Translations under genes and position numbers: made by a program
Shown: in pieces, positions 29,122 to 39,297 of the stretch
Layout: each line of letters begins with the position of its first letter
How positions within the stretch are numbered: position 1 is the first letter of the stretch
Assembly: GCA_963667015.2 (NCBI GenBank)
Contig: CAXXJJ010000001.1
Coordinates: forward strand, 768,001 to 832,000
Length of the DNA stretch: 64,000 nt
From: Desulfatiglandales bacterium
Lineage (GTDB): Bacteria; Desulfobacterota; DSM-4660; Desulfatiglandales; HGW-15
Reading direction: 5' to 3'
The notes under the pieces: model-generated
What the model saw: only the letters and a program-made list of their open reading frames with translations
Told to the model about the DNA's origin: nothing
The model's database searches: none

Positions 29122-30849
29122 TCACGGCACGTTTTCCCGGATATTTTTTTCTTTCATCTTTCTGTAAAGTGTCTGCCTGCTTATGCCCAAATCCCTGGCT
29201 GCCTTTGCCTTGTTCCAGTCTGCCTTTTTGAGGGCATCAATGATCAATAGGGCTTCATTGGATTTATCAGATCTGATAGTCCTGTTTGCAGGTTCTCTGA
29301 GTTCTTTTATCTCGGAAGGGATATGATCCATTGATATCACATTTTCATGGCACAGGACAAAGGCATGTTCTATAGCATGCTCAAGTTCCCTGATATTTCC
29401 CGGCCACGGATACTGCATGAATACATTAAGGACATCATCCGTAACCCCTTCGATATTCTTGCCGAATTTAGTATTAAAGAGATCACAGAAATGTATGACC
29501 AGAAGTTCAATATCTTCCCTTCTCTCCCTCAGGGGAGGAAGAATTACCTCAACGACCTTGAGCCGGTAGTACAGGTCTTCCCTGAATTCTCCCTTTTCAA
29601 CCTTCTGCTTCAGGGGCTGATTGGTGCTTGTAATGATCCTCACGTCTACCTTCATGGGAGATGAGTCTCCGACCCGTTCCAGTTCCTTTTCCTGGATAAC
29701 CCTTAAAAGTTTTAACTGCACGGAAGGAGCAATATCGCCTATTTCATCCAGGAACATGGTGCCCTGGTTTGCTGCCTGAAAGCGGCCTATTTTGTTATTC
29801 AGGGCACCGGTGAATGCACCCTTTACATGTCCGAACAATTCACTTTCAAGCAGGTTTTCTGCCAGGGCCGAACAGTTCACAGTGACCATGGGCTTGAATG
29901 ACCTGGGGCCGCTGTAATGAAGAGCCTTTGCGATAAGCTCCTTTCCAGTACCGCTTTCCCCCGTGATTAAAACAGTGGTGTCAGTCTGTGCAAGGTCCTC
30001 GAGCAGCCTGTATATCCCCTGCATCTTACTGCTTTTGCCTATTATATTATGAAACTGATGCCTTTCCCTCAGTTCGTTTTCAAGGTCATTGAGCCTTGTT
30101 ACATCCCTGACCACAAGCACGGCGCCGATGGATTCATTGTTTTTATTTATAAGCGGTGAGCTGGTAACTGACACGACCTGGTGGACATTTTCAAGCTGGC
30201 CGCAGTCTATGCGCGTGTCACGGATGGTTGTCTGGCTTTTTAATGTCTCTCTAAGGATATTTTCGCAGGCATTGTTACATCGGTTGTATATAGGGGGCAT
30301 CTTTTTCCCGATCAGTTCTCTGGGACTCATACCGCATATCTTTTCAACCGCATCGTTGGCCTCGATAACTGTCATGTCCCTTGTGAAGGTTATTATCGCA
30401 TCGTTAACACTCCTGAATATCGCCTCCAGGTTATTCCTGATCCTCTCGTTTTCCTCTTCAACTGTCCTTTTTAAGTCTATCAGGGCCTTATGGTCCAGGG
30501 CAATCTTTGTCGCCCTCAGGAGCGGGTCCTTGTAGATCGGCTTAAGAAGATAGTCAAATGCCCCAAGCCTTACGGCCTCTGTTGTTGTCTGTATGCTGGG
30601 GTTTCCGGTCATCATGATCACCGGGCAGTATAGGCCCAGTTCCTTAACCTTGCTCAGTATCTCTATGCCTGTATGTCCTTTGAGTATAAGATCCGCAAAG
30701 ATCAGGTCCAGATTGTTATTTTCAATTATATCGATGGCAGATGAATAATCCTTGGAGGTGAACACCTCGTGTCCTTCATTGGAAAGATGGGTTTTAAAGG
30801 TGAATCTTATGCTCTCTTCATCATCTATTACGAGTATTTTTGCTCCCAT
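29122..30849 (-). CDS. Sigma54-dependent Fis-family activator (REC-PAS-AAA-HTH)
   Basis: GESGTGKE, ESELFGHVKGAFTGA, FLDEIG, WPGNIREL, C-terminal HTH. Confidence 0.96.
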   Translation of the reverse strand: MGAKILVIDDEESIRFTFKTHLSNEGHEVFTSKDYSSAIDIIENNNLDLIFADLILKGHTGIEILSKVKELGLYCPVIMMTGNPSIQTTTEAVRLGAFDYLLKPIYKDPLLRATKIALDHKALIDLKRTVEEENERIRNNLEAIFRSVNDAIITFTRDMTVIEANDAVEKICGMSPRELIGKKMPPIYNRCNNACENILRETLKSQTTIRDTRIDCGQLENVHQVVSVTSSPLINKNNESIGAVLVVRDVTRLNDLENELRERHQFHNIIGKSSKMQGIYRLLEDLAQTDTTVLITGESGTGKELIAKALHYSGPRSFKPMVTVNCSALAENLLESELFGHVKGAFTGALNNKIGRFQAANQGTMFLDEIGDIAPSVQLKLLRVIQEKELERVGDSSPMKVDVRIITSTNQPLKQKVEKGEFREDLYYRLKVVEVILPPLRERREDIELLVIHFCDLFNTKFGKNIEGVTDDVLNVFMQYPWPGNIRELEHAIEHAFVLCHENVISMDHIPSEIKELREPANRTIRSDKSNEALLIIDALKKADWNKAKAARDLGISRQTLYRKMKEKNIRENVP

Positions 30850-30850
30850 G

Positions 30851-32608
30851 TTATTCTGCCTTTATAGCCGGTTTTATAAAGAAGATATTGTCGACCATGG
30901 ATGTTAAAAAACCGGAGATATCAGCGGGAAGATTAACAGATGTAAAAAAATTGGTCTGTCCTTTAGAATCCCTGAAGAGTATTCCGGGTATTATGATCTT
31001 TACATTTTCCCTTTGGTTTCCCGAAACAGCATAAAAGGTATGTTTTTTACTGTCGAATGCAACACCTAAAAAATCGAGGGTTTTTGCTGTAAGATCATAG
31101 GCGTTTGTCTGGTCCGACGCAGACAGTACGGTAAAGCCGCGTTCCTTAAGGAGGTTGATTATATCTGTTCCTGGTCCGTGCAGGTCAATAATACAGTCCT
31201 TGCCGTTTCTCCTGAAAAAGTAATCCGCCTTTATGGTAAGGTTGAAATCCGAATCTTCTCCCTGGTAGATAGGGATATCCTCCCTGGCAGAAAAGTCCTG
31301 GCCTGCAAGCTCAAGGATCTTCTCTATTATGCTGTTTTTGTTTTCATCAATATCGACCGTACTGGAAGCTTCCGGAATGTCTTTTTCATCCGGGGCTCCC
31401 TGCGGGTACTCGATGATCTTTATGCCATGGCCTGTAAGAAACCTTTTTATTAAAGGAGAAACCGTGCCGCGGTCCTCATCTTTCAGGTTCAGGCATATGA
31501 TATTGTCTTTTGTGCCTGAAGATTCGGGCCGCAGCTTTATTATCCAGTCGGCGTTCAGTTCTATCTTGATGGCATCGTCAAATACCAGGCTTTCATCCTC
31601 GGCATAGATCCTGGCATAGTTGCATTCCGGAAGGACCTTTGCTACTGCACTTTTCAGATCATCTTTTTCCTTTATATGGACTATATGGTAGTTCTCCCAG
31701 TTGGATTTTATAAGCTTCGCCATTTTATCGGGCAGGCTGTCAAACAGATCCACTATGATCTTATCGCCGTCTCTCAGGTTTATTATGGGGTATGTTTCGG
31801 TATTGAGGTCAATCTGCCCGCCTGTTTTCAGGGGAATATAGTGCTTTCCCTGCTGGATGCATTCTTCTCCTATCAGGGTAAATATTCGGCCCAGGTGATC
31901 TCCGATCTCCTTTGCCTCAGGTCTTTCAACGGCGGTTTCCTGTTTCGTTTCTGCGGGTTTTTCCTCAATGGTGCCCCTGGCAATTGTCGGGGAATATATG
32001 GGCAGCCTTATTCTCTGCCCTGGAACTATGTTATTAAGGTCTTTGAGGTCGGGATTGAGTTTTCTCAACTGGTCCAGGTATTCGTTATACAGTTTATGCC
32101 TGGGCACTGAATATTTGTCATTAATTACCTTAATAAGGCTGTCCCCCTTGCTCACGGTGTAATATTCGATGTTTTCAAGGTCGCTCAGGGAAACGGTTTC
32201 GATTTCCGTAATATCTTCGGGTGGTTCTTTGTTTATTATCGGGGTTATAATCAGGGGAATGATAATCTTTTCACCGGGATGGATCATGTCGATATTTGTA
32301 AGGGAGGGGTTCAGTTTTTTCAGGACGGAAAGTACTTCCCCCAGCTTGTTTTTACTGGTTAGATCCCTGTTCCTGAGTATCTTCCAGATATAATCTCCCT
32401 CCTTTGTTGTATAGGCCTCGGTGAGTACCTTTTTATCCTCCACCTCAACTATTTCCTTCGCAACTTCAGCAGTTTGCACCAGATCTATGGAATATGTATC
32501 TTCGTTTTCCTCTTCTGCGGTCGAGATGGGTGCCGCAATCAGACTAAACAGAATCGCGGCCATGGATATAGATACAGGGCAGTAATTTTTATGTATTCTA
32601 ATTTTCAA
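30851..32608 (-). CDS. Secreted LysM-domain protein
   Basis: Signal-like N-terminus; two LysM-like units (Y..K.GD....I...LNP....I.PG..I.IP). Confidence 0.85.
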   Translation of the reverse strand: MKIRIHKNYCPVSISMAAILFSLIAAPISTAEEENEDTYSIDLVQTAEVAKEIVEVEDKKVLTEAYTTKEGDYIWKILRNRDLTSKNKLGEVLSVLKKLNPSLTNIDMIHPGEKIIIPLIITPIINKEPPEDITEIETVSLSDLENIEYYTVSKGDSLIKVINDKYSVPRHKLYNEYLDQLRKLNPDLKDLNNIVPGQRIRLPIYSPTIARGTIEEKPAETKQETAVERPEAKEIGDHLGRIFTLIGEECIQQGKHYIPLKTGGQIDLNTETYPIINLRDGDKIIVDLFDSLPDKMAKLIKSNWENYHIVHIKEKDDLKSAVAKVLPECNYARIYAEDESLVFDDAIKIELNADWIIKLRPESSGTKDNIICLNLKDEDRGTVSPLIKRFLTGHGIKIIEYPQGAPDEKDIPEASSTVDIDENKNSIIEKILELAGQDFSAREDIPIYQGEDSDFNLTIKADYFFRRNGKDCIIDLHGPGTDIINLLKERGFTVLSASDQTNAYDLTAKTLDFLGVAFDSKKHTFYAVSGNQRENVKIIIPGILFRDSKGQTNFFTSVNLPADISGFLTSMVDNIFFIKPAIKAE

Positions 32609-32785
32609 TTTGATCTCCGGAAGATAATTGGAACCTGTTCAATGCAACTAAAAAAGATATATAGCACTTATTGCATATAATGCCTGCTGAAATATATCAG
32701 TCAAAACAGAAGTTTAATATATTTTTTGCATTCTAGATAGTTAATTTGAAATATGTCAACGTTTTTCTCAATTTAGATAAAAATA

Positions 32786-32832
32786 ATACTATATATAGGC
32801 AGTTAGATATTTTGTTGCACATTATGTTGTAT
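32786..32832 (+). promoter_or_regulatory. Tandem NrdR-box-like operators upstream of smc
   Basis: ATACTATATATAGGCA (32786) and GCACATTATGTTGTAT (32817), starts 31 bp apart. Confidence 0.55.
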
Positions 32833-32916
32833 TTTCTCCTTTACAATTAATCCTATTGATGATAATTTTTTCATCACCTTTTAAGGTCATATTTCCAGTC
32901 ATTACAGGAGTCCCAC

Positions 32917-35900
32917 ATGAAAATAAAACGGCTCTCAATCATGGGCTTTAAATCCTTCAAGGATAAGGTCGATATCCCGTTTCCCGGCGGCATCAGTGCG
33001 GTTGTCGGGCCGAACGGCTGCGGGAAAAGTAATATCGTTGATGCCATCCGGTGGGCAATGGGAGAACAGAGCGCAAAACAGCTGCGCGGGCGCAATATGG
33101 AAGATATCATCTTCAGCGGCGCCGGCGATTTTAAACCTCTCGGAATGGCAGAGGTATCCCTTGTCTTTGAAAACGGCAACGGGTCCTTTCCCGCAGAATT
33201 CGCGAGCGAGCATGAGCTCTCGGTCACCAGGCGCCTGTTTCGTTCCGGAGAGAGTGAATACCTGCTCAATAATGTCCCCTGCAGGCTCAAGGATATCCAT
33301 GAGATATTTATGGATACCGGTCTCGGGAACAAGAGCTATTCAATTATAGGCCAGGGAAGGATCGGCTCCATTGTCGAGCAGAAGCCCGAAGAGACAAGGA
33401 TGATGATTGAAGAGGCCGCCGGTATAACAAGGTTTAAAAAGAAAGAGGCCGAGGCCCGCAGGAAGCTGGAACTCACAAAGGACAACCTGAACAGGGTTGA
33501 AGATATTCTGTCCGAGGTCCAGACACAGATGCGCTCTCTCAAGCGACAGGCCGGAAAGGCAATAAGATACAAGGCCATAGGCCAGGAGATCAGGAGGCTG
33601 GAGCTTGTTCTGAATTCCAACCTTTACAACGAGCTTATCGCGGCCTCTGGCGAAAATAAAAAATCCTCTGACGATCTTATCGAGAATGAGGTCACTCTCA
33701 CGACCACCCTTTCGTCATTACACGGTAAGATAGAAAGCATGAACCTTGAGCTTGATGAAAAGGATCAGATAATATCGAGGTTGAATAATACATACCAGGA
33801 GTTAAAGGAAGACTTTGCAAGAAAGGAATCCACCCTGGAATCCCTGGCAAAAGAGAAGGAGATGCAGGCAGGCCTGGAGGAAAGACATAACCGGGAGATA
33901 GAGGATATCAGGAGAAAGCTGGTTAGCCTCGGGGAAGAAAAGACACTGCTCGAAGAAAGGATTGAACAGCTCAGGGAGGATGCCCGGAAGAGCGAGGAGG
34001 AGGTCGCGGTTATTGAAGGCAGGATGAAGGGCCGCAAAGAGCTGCTTACCGAGATAAAGGAAGAGTATGAAGTTGCCCGCACCAGGGTAAATACCGGTGT
34101 GTCAAAGGAGGCAGGACTTGCCAAGGAACTGGATTATCTCAACAAGAGGATAACTGAGATAACTGACAGGAAGGCAAGGCTGGAAAACGAGAAAAAGGAC
34201 ATAGATGCCAACATCGAGACCCTTGTTGAAACCTCGGGAAAAAAGGGTGAACTAAGAGATGCCCTTTCCATCAAGCTGATCGACATAGAAAAGGATATCC
34301 AGGAAAAGGAAGAAAACAGCCAGGAGCTGGAGGCCATCAAGAGGACAGCGGAAAACGAACTTAAAACCGTTGATAATGAACTGAATATCACAAAGACCAG
34401 GCTTTCCAGCCTGAAGTCCTGGAATGAAAATTACGAGGGCTACCAGGTGGGCGTAAGAACCATAATGAAGGCCCAGGACCTTACTGCCAAAAATGAAGGC
34501 AGGGTACTTGGCCTTGTTGCGGATGTACTTCAGGTTGACAGCCGGTATGAACAGGCCGTGGAGGCGGTCCTGTCCGACAGGCTGCAGTATATACTGGTTG
34601 AGAACCAGGATGACGGCAAGGATGCGGTCAGGTATCTGAAGGAAAAGGCAAGGGGCAGGGGAAGCTTTATTTCTGTAAGTGATGTAAACGGGAATAACAA
34701 CGGCCATGCCCATCCCGGATTCCCCCTGCTCAAGGACCTTATTACCGTATCAGAAAAATACAAACCCATGGTAGATGCCCTTATGGGTGATATTGCCCTT
34801 GCCGAGAACCTTGATCAGGCGGTCAATGCCTGGAGAAGCAACGGTCGGAATACCGCCCTTGTTACGCCTGAAGGGGACCTGGTTGACAGAAACGGCATTA
34901 TCAGCGGCGGTAAACTGGGTTCTAACGGCCTCCTGGCCAAAAAAAGGGAGATAAGCGAGCTCGAAGAAAAGGTGACCGCATTAAGCCGGAAGGTTGCCGA
35001 AACAAACGATCGCCTGGAAGGGATAATCATTGAAGAGGAAGAAATGAAGGTCAGCCTCTCCAGGCTGAGGGAAGAAAAAGGTAAATGCCAGGATGAAATG
35101 AATGAGCTGGACAAGGTTATCTTCCAGCTGAGCAATAAACTGGACCAGTTTGAAAGGCTCTCCGAGAGACTTGCAAAGGAACTCGAAGAAAGGCTGACAG
35201 AAGAGGCAAGGCATAACGATGCCCTTAACAGGAACAGGAGCGAACTGCTGCAGTGCGAGGAGAAAAAGCAGAAGGAAGAGGAATTCCTGCTCCAGAAAAA
35301 GAGAGAGCTCGATGAATGCGAAAGGGAGTTTGATGAGATCCGGGAAGAACTTGAAACAGTAAAGATGAAATACCGTGTCTCAATGGAAGAGAGCAAGGGA
35401 CTTGTACGTGAAATCGAGAGAATCGACAACTACTATGATGAGTCCCAGGACAAGCTTGACAGGATAGCCGGGGATATCAAGGAGTGCCAGGCAAAGCAGA
35501 GACATTTTGCCGAGAGGGAAGAGGTCCTCAGGGAAAACATCAGCAAGTACTATGAAAAACTCAGGGATGCCAAGGAAATGGTGGATGACGCTCAGCAGGA
35601 GAGGAACCTCTTCCATGCAGAGATCCGTGAGAATGAAAGGAAGCTGGAGAACATCAGGGAAGAACTGAATTTTCTCAAGGAAAAGATCAGTATCACCAGG
35701 ATGGAGCAGTCAAAGATAGAGGTAAGGATAGAGACCCTGGTGGAGCAGGTAAGGGAGAAGTCAAACCTGAACCTCACCGAGATATACAGGGAATACCTTG
35801 CCGAAGAATATGATGAGCAGGAAACCAGGCATGAGCTGGAACGCCAGAAGGAACAGCGTGAAAAGCTAGGAGAGGTAAACCTCATGGCAATCCAGGAACA

Positions 35901-36474
35901 CGAGGCCCAGACCGAACGCTATGAGTTTATACTGAAGCAGAAGGAGGACCTTGTGACCTCGATCGAGTCCATCATGCAGGCCATCCGGAAGATCAACAGG
36001 ACATGCCTTGAACGGTTTACGAGCACATTTGCCGATGTTAACAACCAGCTGCAGAATGTGTTCCCGATCCTTTTTAACGGGGGCCAGGCCAGCCTGAAGC
36101 TTACGGATGAATCCAATCCGCTGGAGAGCGGTATCCTCGTAGAGGTTCGTCCCCCGGGCAAAAAGGTGAGTCACATGGGGCTGCTTTCAGGCGGGGAAAA
36201 GGCCCTTGTTGCAATGGCCCTGCTGTTTGCCATATACCTGATTAAGCCAAGCCCCTTCTGCCTCCTGGACGAGGTAGACGCACCCCTTGATGAGGCAAAT
36301 GTGGACAGGTTCAATGATCTCTTAAAGGAGATAAAGAAGTACTCACAGGTACTTATGATTACCCATAACCGGCGCTCGATGGAAATCGTGGACAGCCTTT
36401 TCGGCGTCACCATGGAAAACGCCGGTGTCTCCAAGATGGTAGCCGTTAACCTCAACGGAAATATCAATAATTAA
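32917..36474 (+). CDS. smc: Chromosome segregation protein SMC
   Basis: GFKSF, GPNGCGKSN, coiled coils, hinge, LSGGEK, LLDEVDAPLD. Confidence 0.98.
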   Translation: MKIKRLSIMGFKSFKDKVDIPFPGGISAVVGPNGCGKSNIVDAIRWAMGEQSAKQLRGRNMEDIIFSGAGDFKPLGMAEVSLVFENGNGSFPAEFASEHELSVTRRLFRSGESEYLLNNVPCRLKDIHEIFMDTGLGNKSYSIIGQGRIGSIVEQKPEETRMMIEEAAGITRFKKKEAEARRKLELTKDNLNRVEDILSEVQTQMRSLKRQAGKAIRYKAIGQEIRRLELVLNSNLYNELIAASGENKKSSDDLIENEVTLTTTLSSLHGKIESMNLELDEKDQIISRLNNTYQELKEDFARKESTLESLAKEKEMQAGLEERHNREIEDIRRKLVSLGEEKTLLEERIEQLREDARKSEEEVAVIEGRMKGRKELLTEIKEEYEVARTRVNTGVSKEAGLAKELDYLNKRITEITDRKARLENEKKDIDANIETLVETSGKKGELRDALSIKLIDIEKDIQEKEENSQELEAIKRTAENELKTVDNELNITKTRLSSLKSWNENYEGYQVGVRTIMKAQDLTAKNEGRVLGLVADVLQVDSRYEQAVEAVLSDRLQYILVENQDDGKDAVRYLKEKARGRGSFISVSDVNGNNNGHAHPGFPLLKDLITVSEKYKPMVDALMGDIALAENLDQAVNAWRSNGRNTALVTPEGDLVDRNGIISGGKLGSNGLLAKKREISELEEKVTALSRKVAETNDRLEGIIIEEEEMKVSLSRLREEKGKCQDEMNELDKVIFQLSNKLDQFERLSERLAKELEERLTEEARHNDALNRNRSELLQCEEKKQKEEEFLLQKKRELDECEREFDEIREELETVKMKYRVSMEESKGLVREIERIDNYYDESQDKLDRIAGDIKECQAKQRHFAEREEVLRENISKYYEKLRDAKEMVDDAQQERNLFHAEIRENERKLENIREELNFLKEKISITRMEQSKIEVRIETLVEQVREKSNLNLTEIYREYLAEEYDEQETRHELERQKEQREKLGEVNLMAIQEHEAQTERYEFILKQKEDLVTSIESIMQAIRKINRTCLERFTSTFADVNNQLQNVFPILFNGGQASLKLTDESNPLESGILVEVRPPGKKVSHMGLLSGGEKALVAMALLFAIYLIKPSPFCLLDEVDAPLDEANVDRFNDLLKEIKKYSQVLMITHNRRSMEIVDSLFGVTMENAGVSKMVAVNLNGNINN

Positions 36475-36522
36475 AAAACAAACAGGCAGTCATGCGTTAT
36501 TGCATGGCTGCCTGTTTGTTTT
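36475..36522 (+). terminator. Intrinsic terminator after smc
   Basis: AAAACAAACAGGCAGTCATGC / GCATGGCTGCCTGTTTGTTTT hairpin. Confidence 0.85.
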
Positions 36523-36573
36523 ATGGAATAATTCAAAATTCAAGATTAGTTTTTGTCTTCAGCCTTCAGATTG

Positions 36574-37489
36574 GCAACTAATAAGCTGTCTTTTAACGAA
36601 TATCATTTCAGGCGATCTTTGCGCCCATTCCTTTCATCATATTAATTGTCATATTTATCCCTGTCTTTTTTCTTCTTCATCTTTTTCATCGGCATTCGGG
36701 AGAAAAACAAGACAAAAAAAATATATTTATTTTTTATAAAAATCTTGACCGGGCAGCCGGAGTATAATAATTAATAGTTCATAACTGGAAATAAAACAAT
36801 TCAAGGTGCAAAATTAGTTAATACAGATTGCGCTGGCCAACACAGCCCTGGATATAACAGCGGCCCGGAAAGCCTTAATCCCTTTTAATAATTGATCATT
36901 GATTATTGTTTTTTACCCATTAAAAAAGATCTTAAAACCGGATTTTTATTTAAATAAATCAATCTATGTGCCGATATGAATATCACATACATTTTAGTTC
37001 AATATCCCATTTTTTATCATGGATAAAATCCGGAAAACCCTGAAAAAAATCTAAAACGCAAGAAGGAATAACAGTGGAAGAAGGAAAACGAAGAGATTTA
37101 GAAGAACAGCTTAAAAAAATGATTGATAATTCCAACCAGCAGAAAGACAGAAAAGAGCAGCGTAAAACCAGAACCGGAACAGGTAATGTGATTCGCCGCA
37201 GGGCCGGTGAAAAAGACAAACGATTTTCTGCCTAAAATCTCAAGGCAACCCCGTAATCATTCAGATAGAATCTCCCCTCTGCAAAGGCACCCGGTAAACA
37301 GGGACCTCTTCGGGCAATGGAGAACTGTTTCCGGTTTTAAATAAGGTTCATGGTTTATGCCTTACCCTGTCAGGCTCTTATCATTAATGCATTAGATCAC
37401 GATTTTAATTTATCCTGGACATTAATGATTCAAAATCAGGTTTTGCTAACAGCCTTCCGCCTTCAGCAACTAATAAGCTGTCTTTTAAC
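36574..37489. repeat. 24-bp exact direct repeat at 36574-36597 and 37466-37489
   Basis: GCAACTAATAAGCTGTCTTTTAAC occurs twice, with similar upstream flanks. Confidence 0.85.
37074..37235 (+). CDS. Small basic 53-aa protein not in the ORF track
   Basis: AAGGA RBS, GTG start: MEEGKRRDLEEQLKKMIDNSNQQKDRKEQRKTRTGTGNVIRRRAGEKDKRFSA. Confidence 0.7.
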   Translation: MEEGKRRDLEEQLKKMIDNSNQQKDRKEQRKTRTGTGNVIRRRAGEKDKRFSA

Positions 37490-37581
37490 CGCAAATCATA
37501 AAATATGAACCGGAAACCGACCTTCCTGGTGATCCCGAATAATCGGTTTGACACAGGTATGTCTTAATAGTATTTCTTATT

Positions 37582-37597
37582 ATCATACCAGTATGGT
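37582..37597. promoter_or_regulatory. Palindromic operator candidate upstream of the MFS gene
   Basis: ATCATACCAGTATGGT, just downstream of a TTGACA at 37548. Confidence 0.35.
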
Positions 37598-37838
37598 GAC
37601 TTACCCGGAAATGTATCCCTCAAAAAAGGTGAGGCGAATATGTCCGGAGCGTGTGTAATAAATGTAACCCGGTTTAAATCAGTAGATAAAGGAAGCATAA
37701 TGGAGAAACACCCTTAACAGGAAAAAAATGATTGAGGTTATGGACGGAATTAGACTTGTCATAAATATACAGTAAACATTGGATATTATTGACTGATAAT
37801 TGATCATTGTTAACGGCTAACTTAAAACCGGGGGTGAT

Positions 37839-39281
37839 ATGAGCTCAGGAAAAAAAAGAACCGGATTGCTGGCGCAGGTGGGGGCCTTTCCACAGGCATA
37901 CTGGATGCTCAATACCATGGAGATGCTGGAAAGGCTTGCATATTATGGTGTAAGAGTCGTTATCCCAATTTACATCGCCCAGGCGGATGAGGTTAACGGG
38001 CTGCATTTCACCCAGATTCAGAAGGGTGAGATCTTCATGTGGTGGGCTGTTGTGCAGAGCCTTGTGCCTATGTTTTCCGGGGGATTTGCAGACAGGTACG
38101 GTTATAAAAAGACAATTGCCTTTTCAATAATCTTCAAGGCCCTCGGTTATATCCTGATGGCAACACAGACGTCCTATTACCCCTTTCTCATGGGAGCAGT
38201 TACACTGGCTTTTGGCACGGCCATATTCAAGCCCGGAATCCAGGGAGCAATGGTTCAGACCCTTGATGTAAGGCATTCGTCGGTAGGCTGGGGAATGTTC
38301 TATATGATTGTCAATATCGGCGGATTTTTAGGCCCGCCCCTTGCCCATTTCCTCTACGGTATTTCATGGCCTGCCGTATTCTTCGGATGCGCCGTTATCG
38401 TGTGCCTTAATTTCTTTGTCCTTCTCACCTACAAAGAGATCCCCGCAGGCGGGATACAGACCATGGGGCCGCTTGATATCATGAAGAAGACCTTCAGGAA
38501 TGTGATGAAACCAAGGCTCGGGCTTTTTATCATTATCATGTCCGGTTTCTGGCTGATGTTCAATCAGCTGTTCGACATGCTTCCAAATTTTATAGTCGAC
38601 TGGGTGGATACATCCAGCCTTGTGGCGCAGTTCCATTTGCCGGGCTGGATGACGGTTGAAACCGAGCGCGGGACAATGATCACACAGGAATGGATGATCA
38701 ATGCCAACTCAGGCCTCATTATTATCGCTGTCGTATTCATATCCTGGCTTGTTTCCCGCATGCGCCGGGTGACATCAATCTTTTTAGGGATTGCCGTCTG
38801 TTCCATAGGGCTTGTGGCGGCTGGATTCACCATGAACGGGATATACGTTATTTTAGGTATCCTTATGTTTTCAGTAGGCGAGATGCTGGCCTCACCCAAA
38901 ATGAATGAATACCTGGGGGTCATCGCACCTCCCGGAGAAAAGGGGCTGTATATGGGTTATGCGAATATCCCACTGGCAGTAGGCTGGGGTTACGGGTCGG
39001 TCATGGGCGGTAAGATTTATGACCAGATGGGCGACAAGGCAAACCTGGCGATTCGTTACATGCAGGAGCAGCTGAATGTCGTGGGCGAAATCCCGAGGAA
39101 TGAGGCCTTTACAAAACTCATGGAAGTGACCGGAAAAAATGCGGTTGATGCTACGAACCTGCTCTGGAGTGCATATCATCCCTATGAATTGTGGTACCAG
39201 TTTGCCGCCATAGGAATTGTATCCGCAATCGGTATATTCATATACTCACAGGTCGTGAAAAAGAGTGAAGGGAAGATTTGA
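37839..39281 (+). CDS. MFS transporter (POT/peptide-transporter-like)
   Basis: EMLERLAYYG, GGFADRYG, FYMIVNIGG, GEMLASP; many TM segments. Confidence 0.9.
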   Translation: MSSGKKRTGLLAQVGAFPQAYWMLNTMEMLERLAYYGVRVVIPIYIAQADEVNGLHFTQIQKGEIFMWWAVVQSLVPMFSGGFADRYGYKKTIAFSIIFKALGYILMATQTSYYPFLMGAVTLAFGTAIFKPGIQGAMVQTLDVRHSSVGWGMFYMIVNIGGFLGPPLAHFLYGISWPAVFFGCAVIVCLNFFVLLTYKEIPAGGIQTMGPLDIMKKTFRNVMKPRLGLFIIIMSGFWLMFNQLFDMLPNFIVDWVDTSSLVAQFHLPGWMTVETERGTMITQEWMINANSGLIIIAVVFISWLVSRMRRVTSIFLGIAVCSIGLVAAGFTMNGIYVILGILMFSVGEMLASPKMNEYLGVIAPPGEKGLYMGYANIPLAVGWGYGSVMGGKIYDQMGDKANLAIRYMQEQLNVVGEIPRNEAFTKLMEVTGKNAVDATNLLWSAYHPYELWYQFAAIGIVSAIGIFIYSQVVKKSEGKI

Positions 39282-39297
39282 GACGAAAGGAGTCACC

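Noticed and set aside
36983..37219. 78-aa minus-strand ORF
   Set aside because: Antisense to the better supported 53-aa plus-strand ORF that has an RBS.
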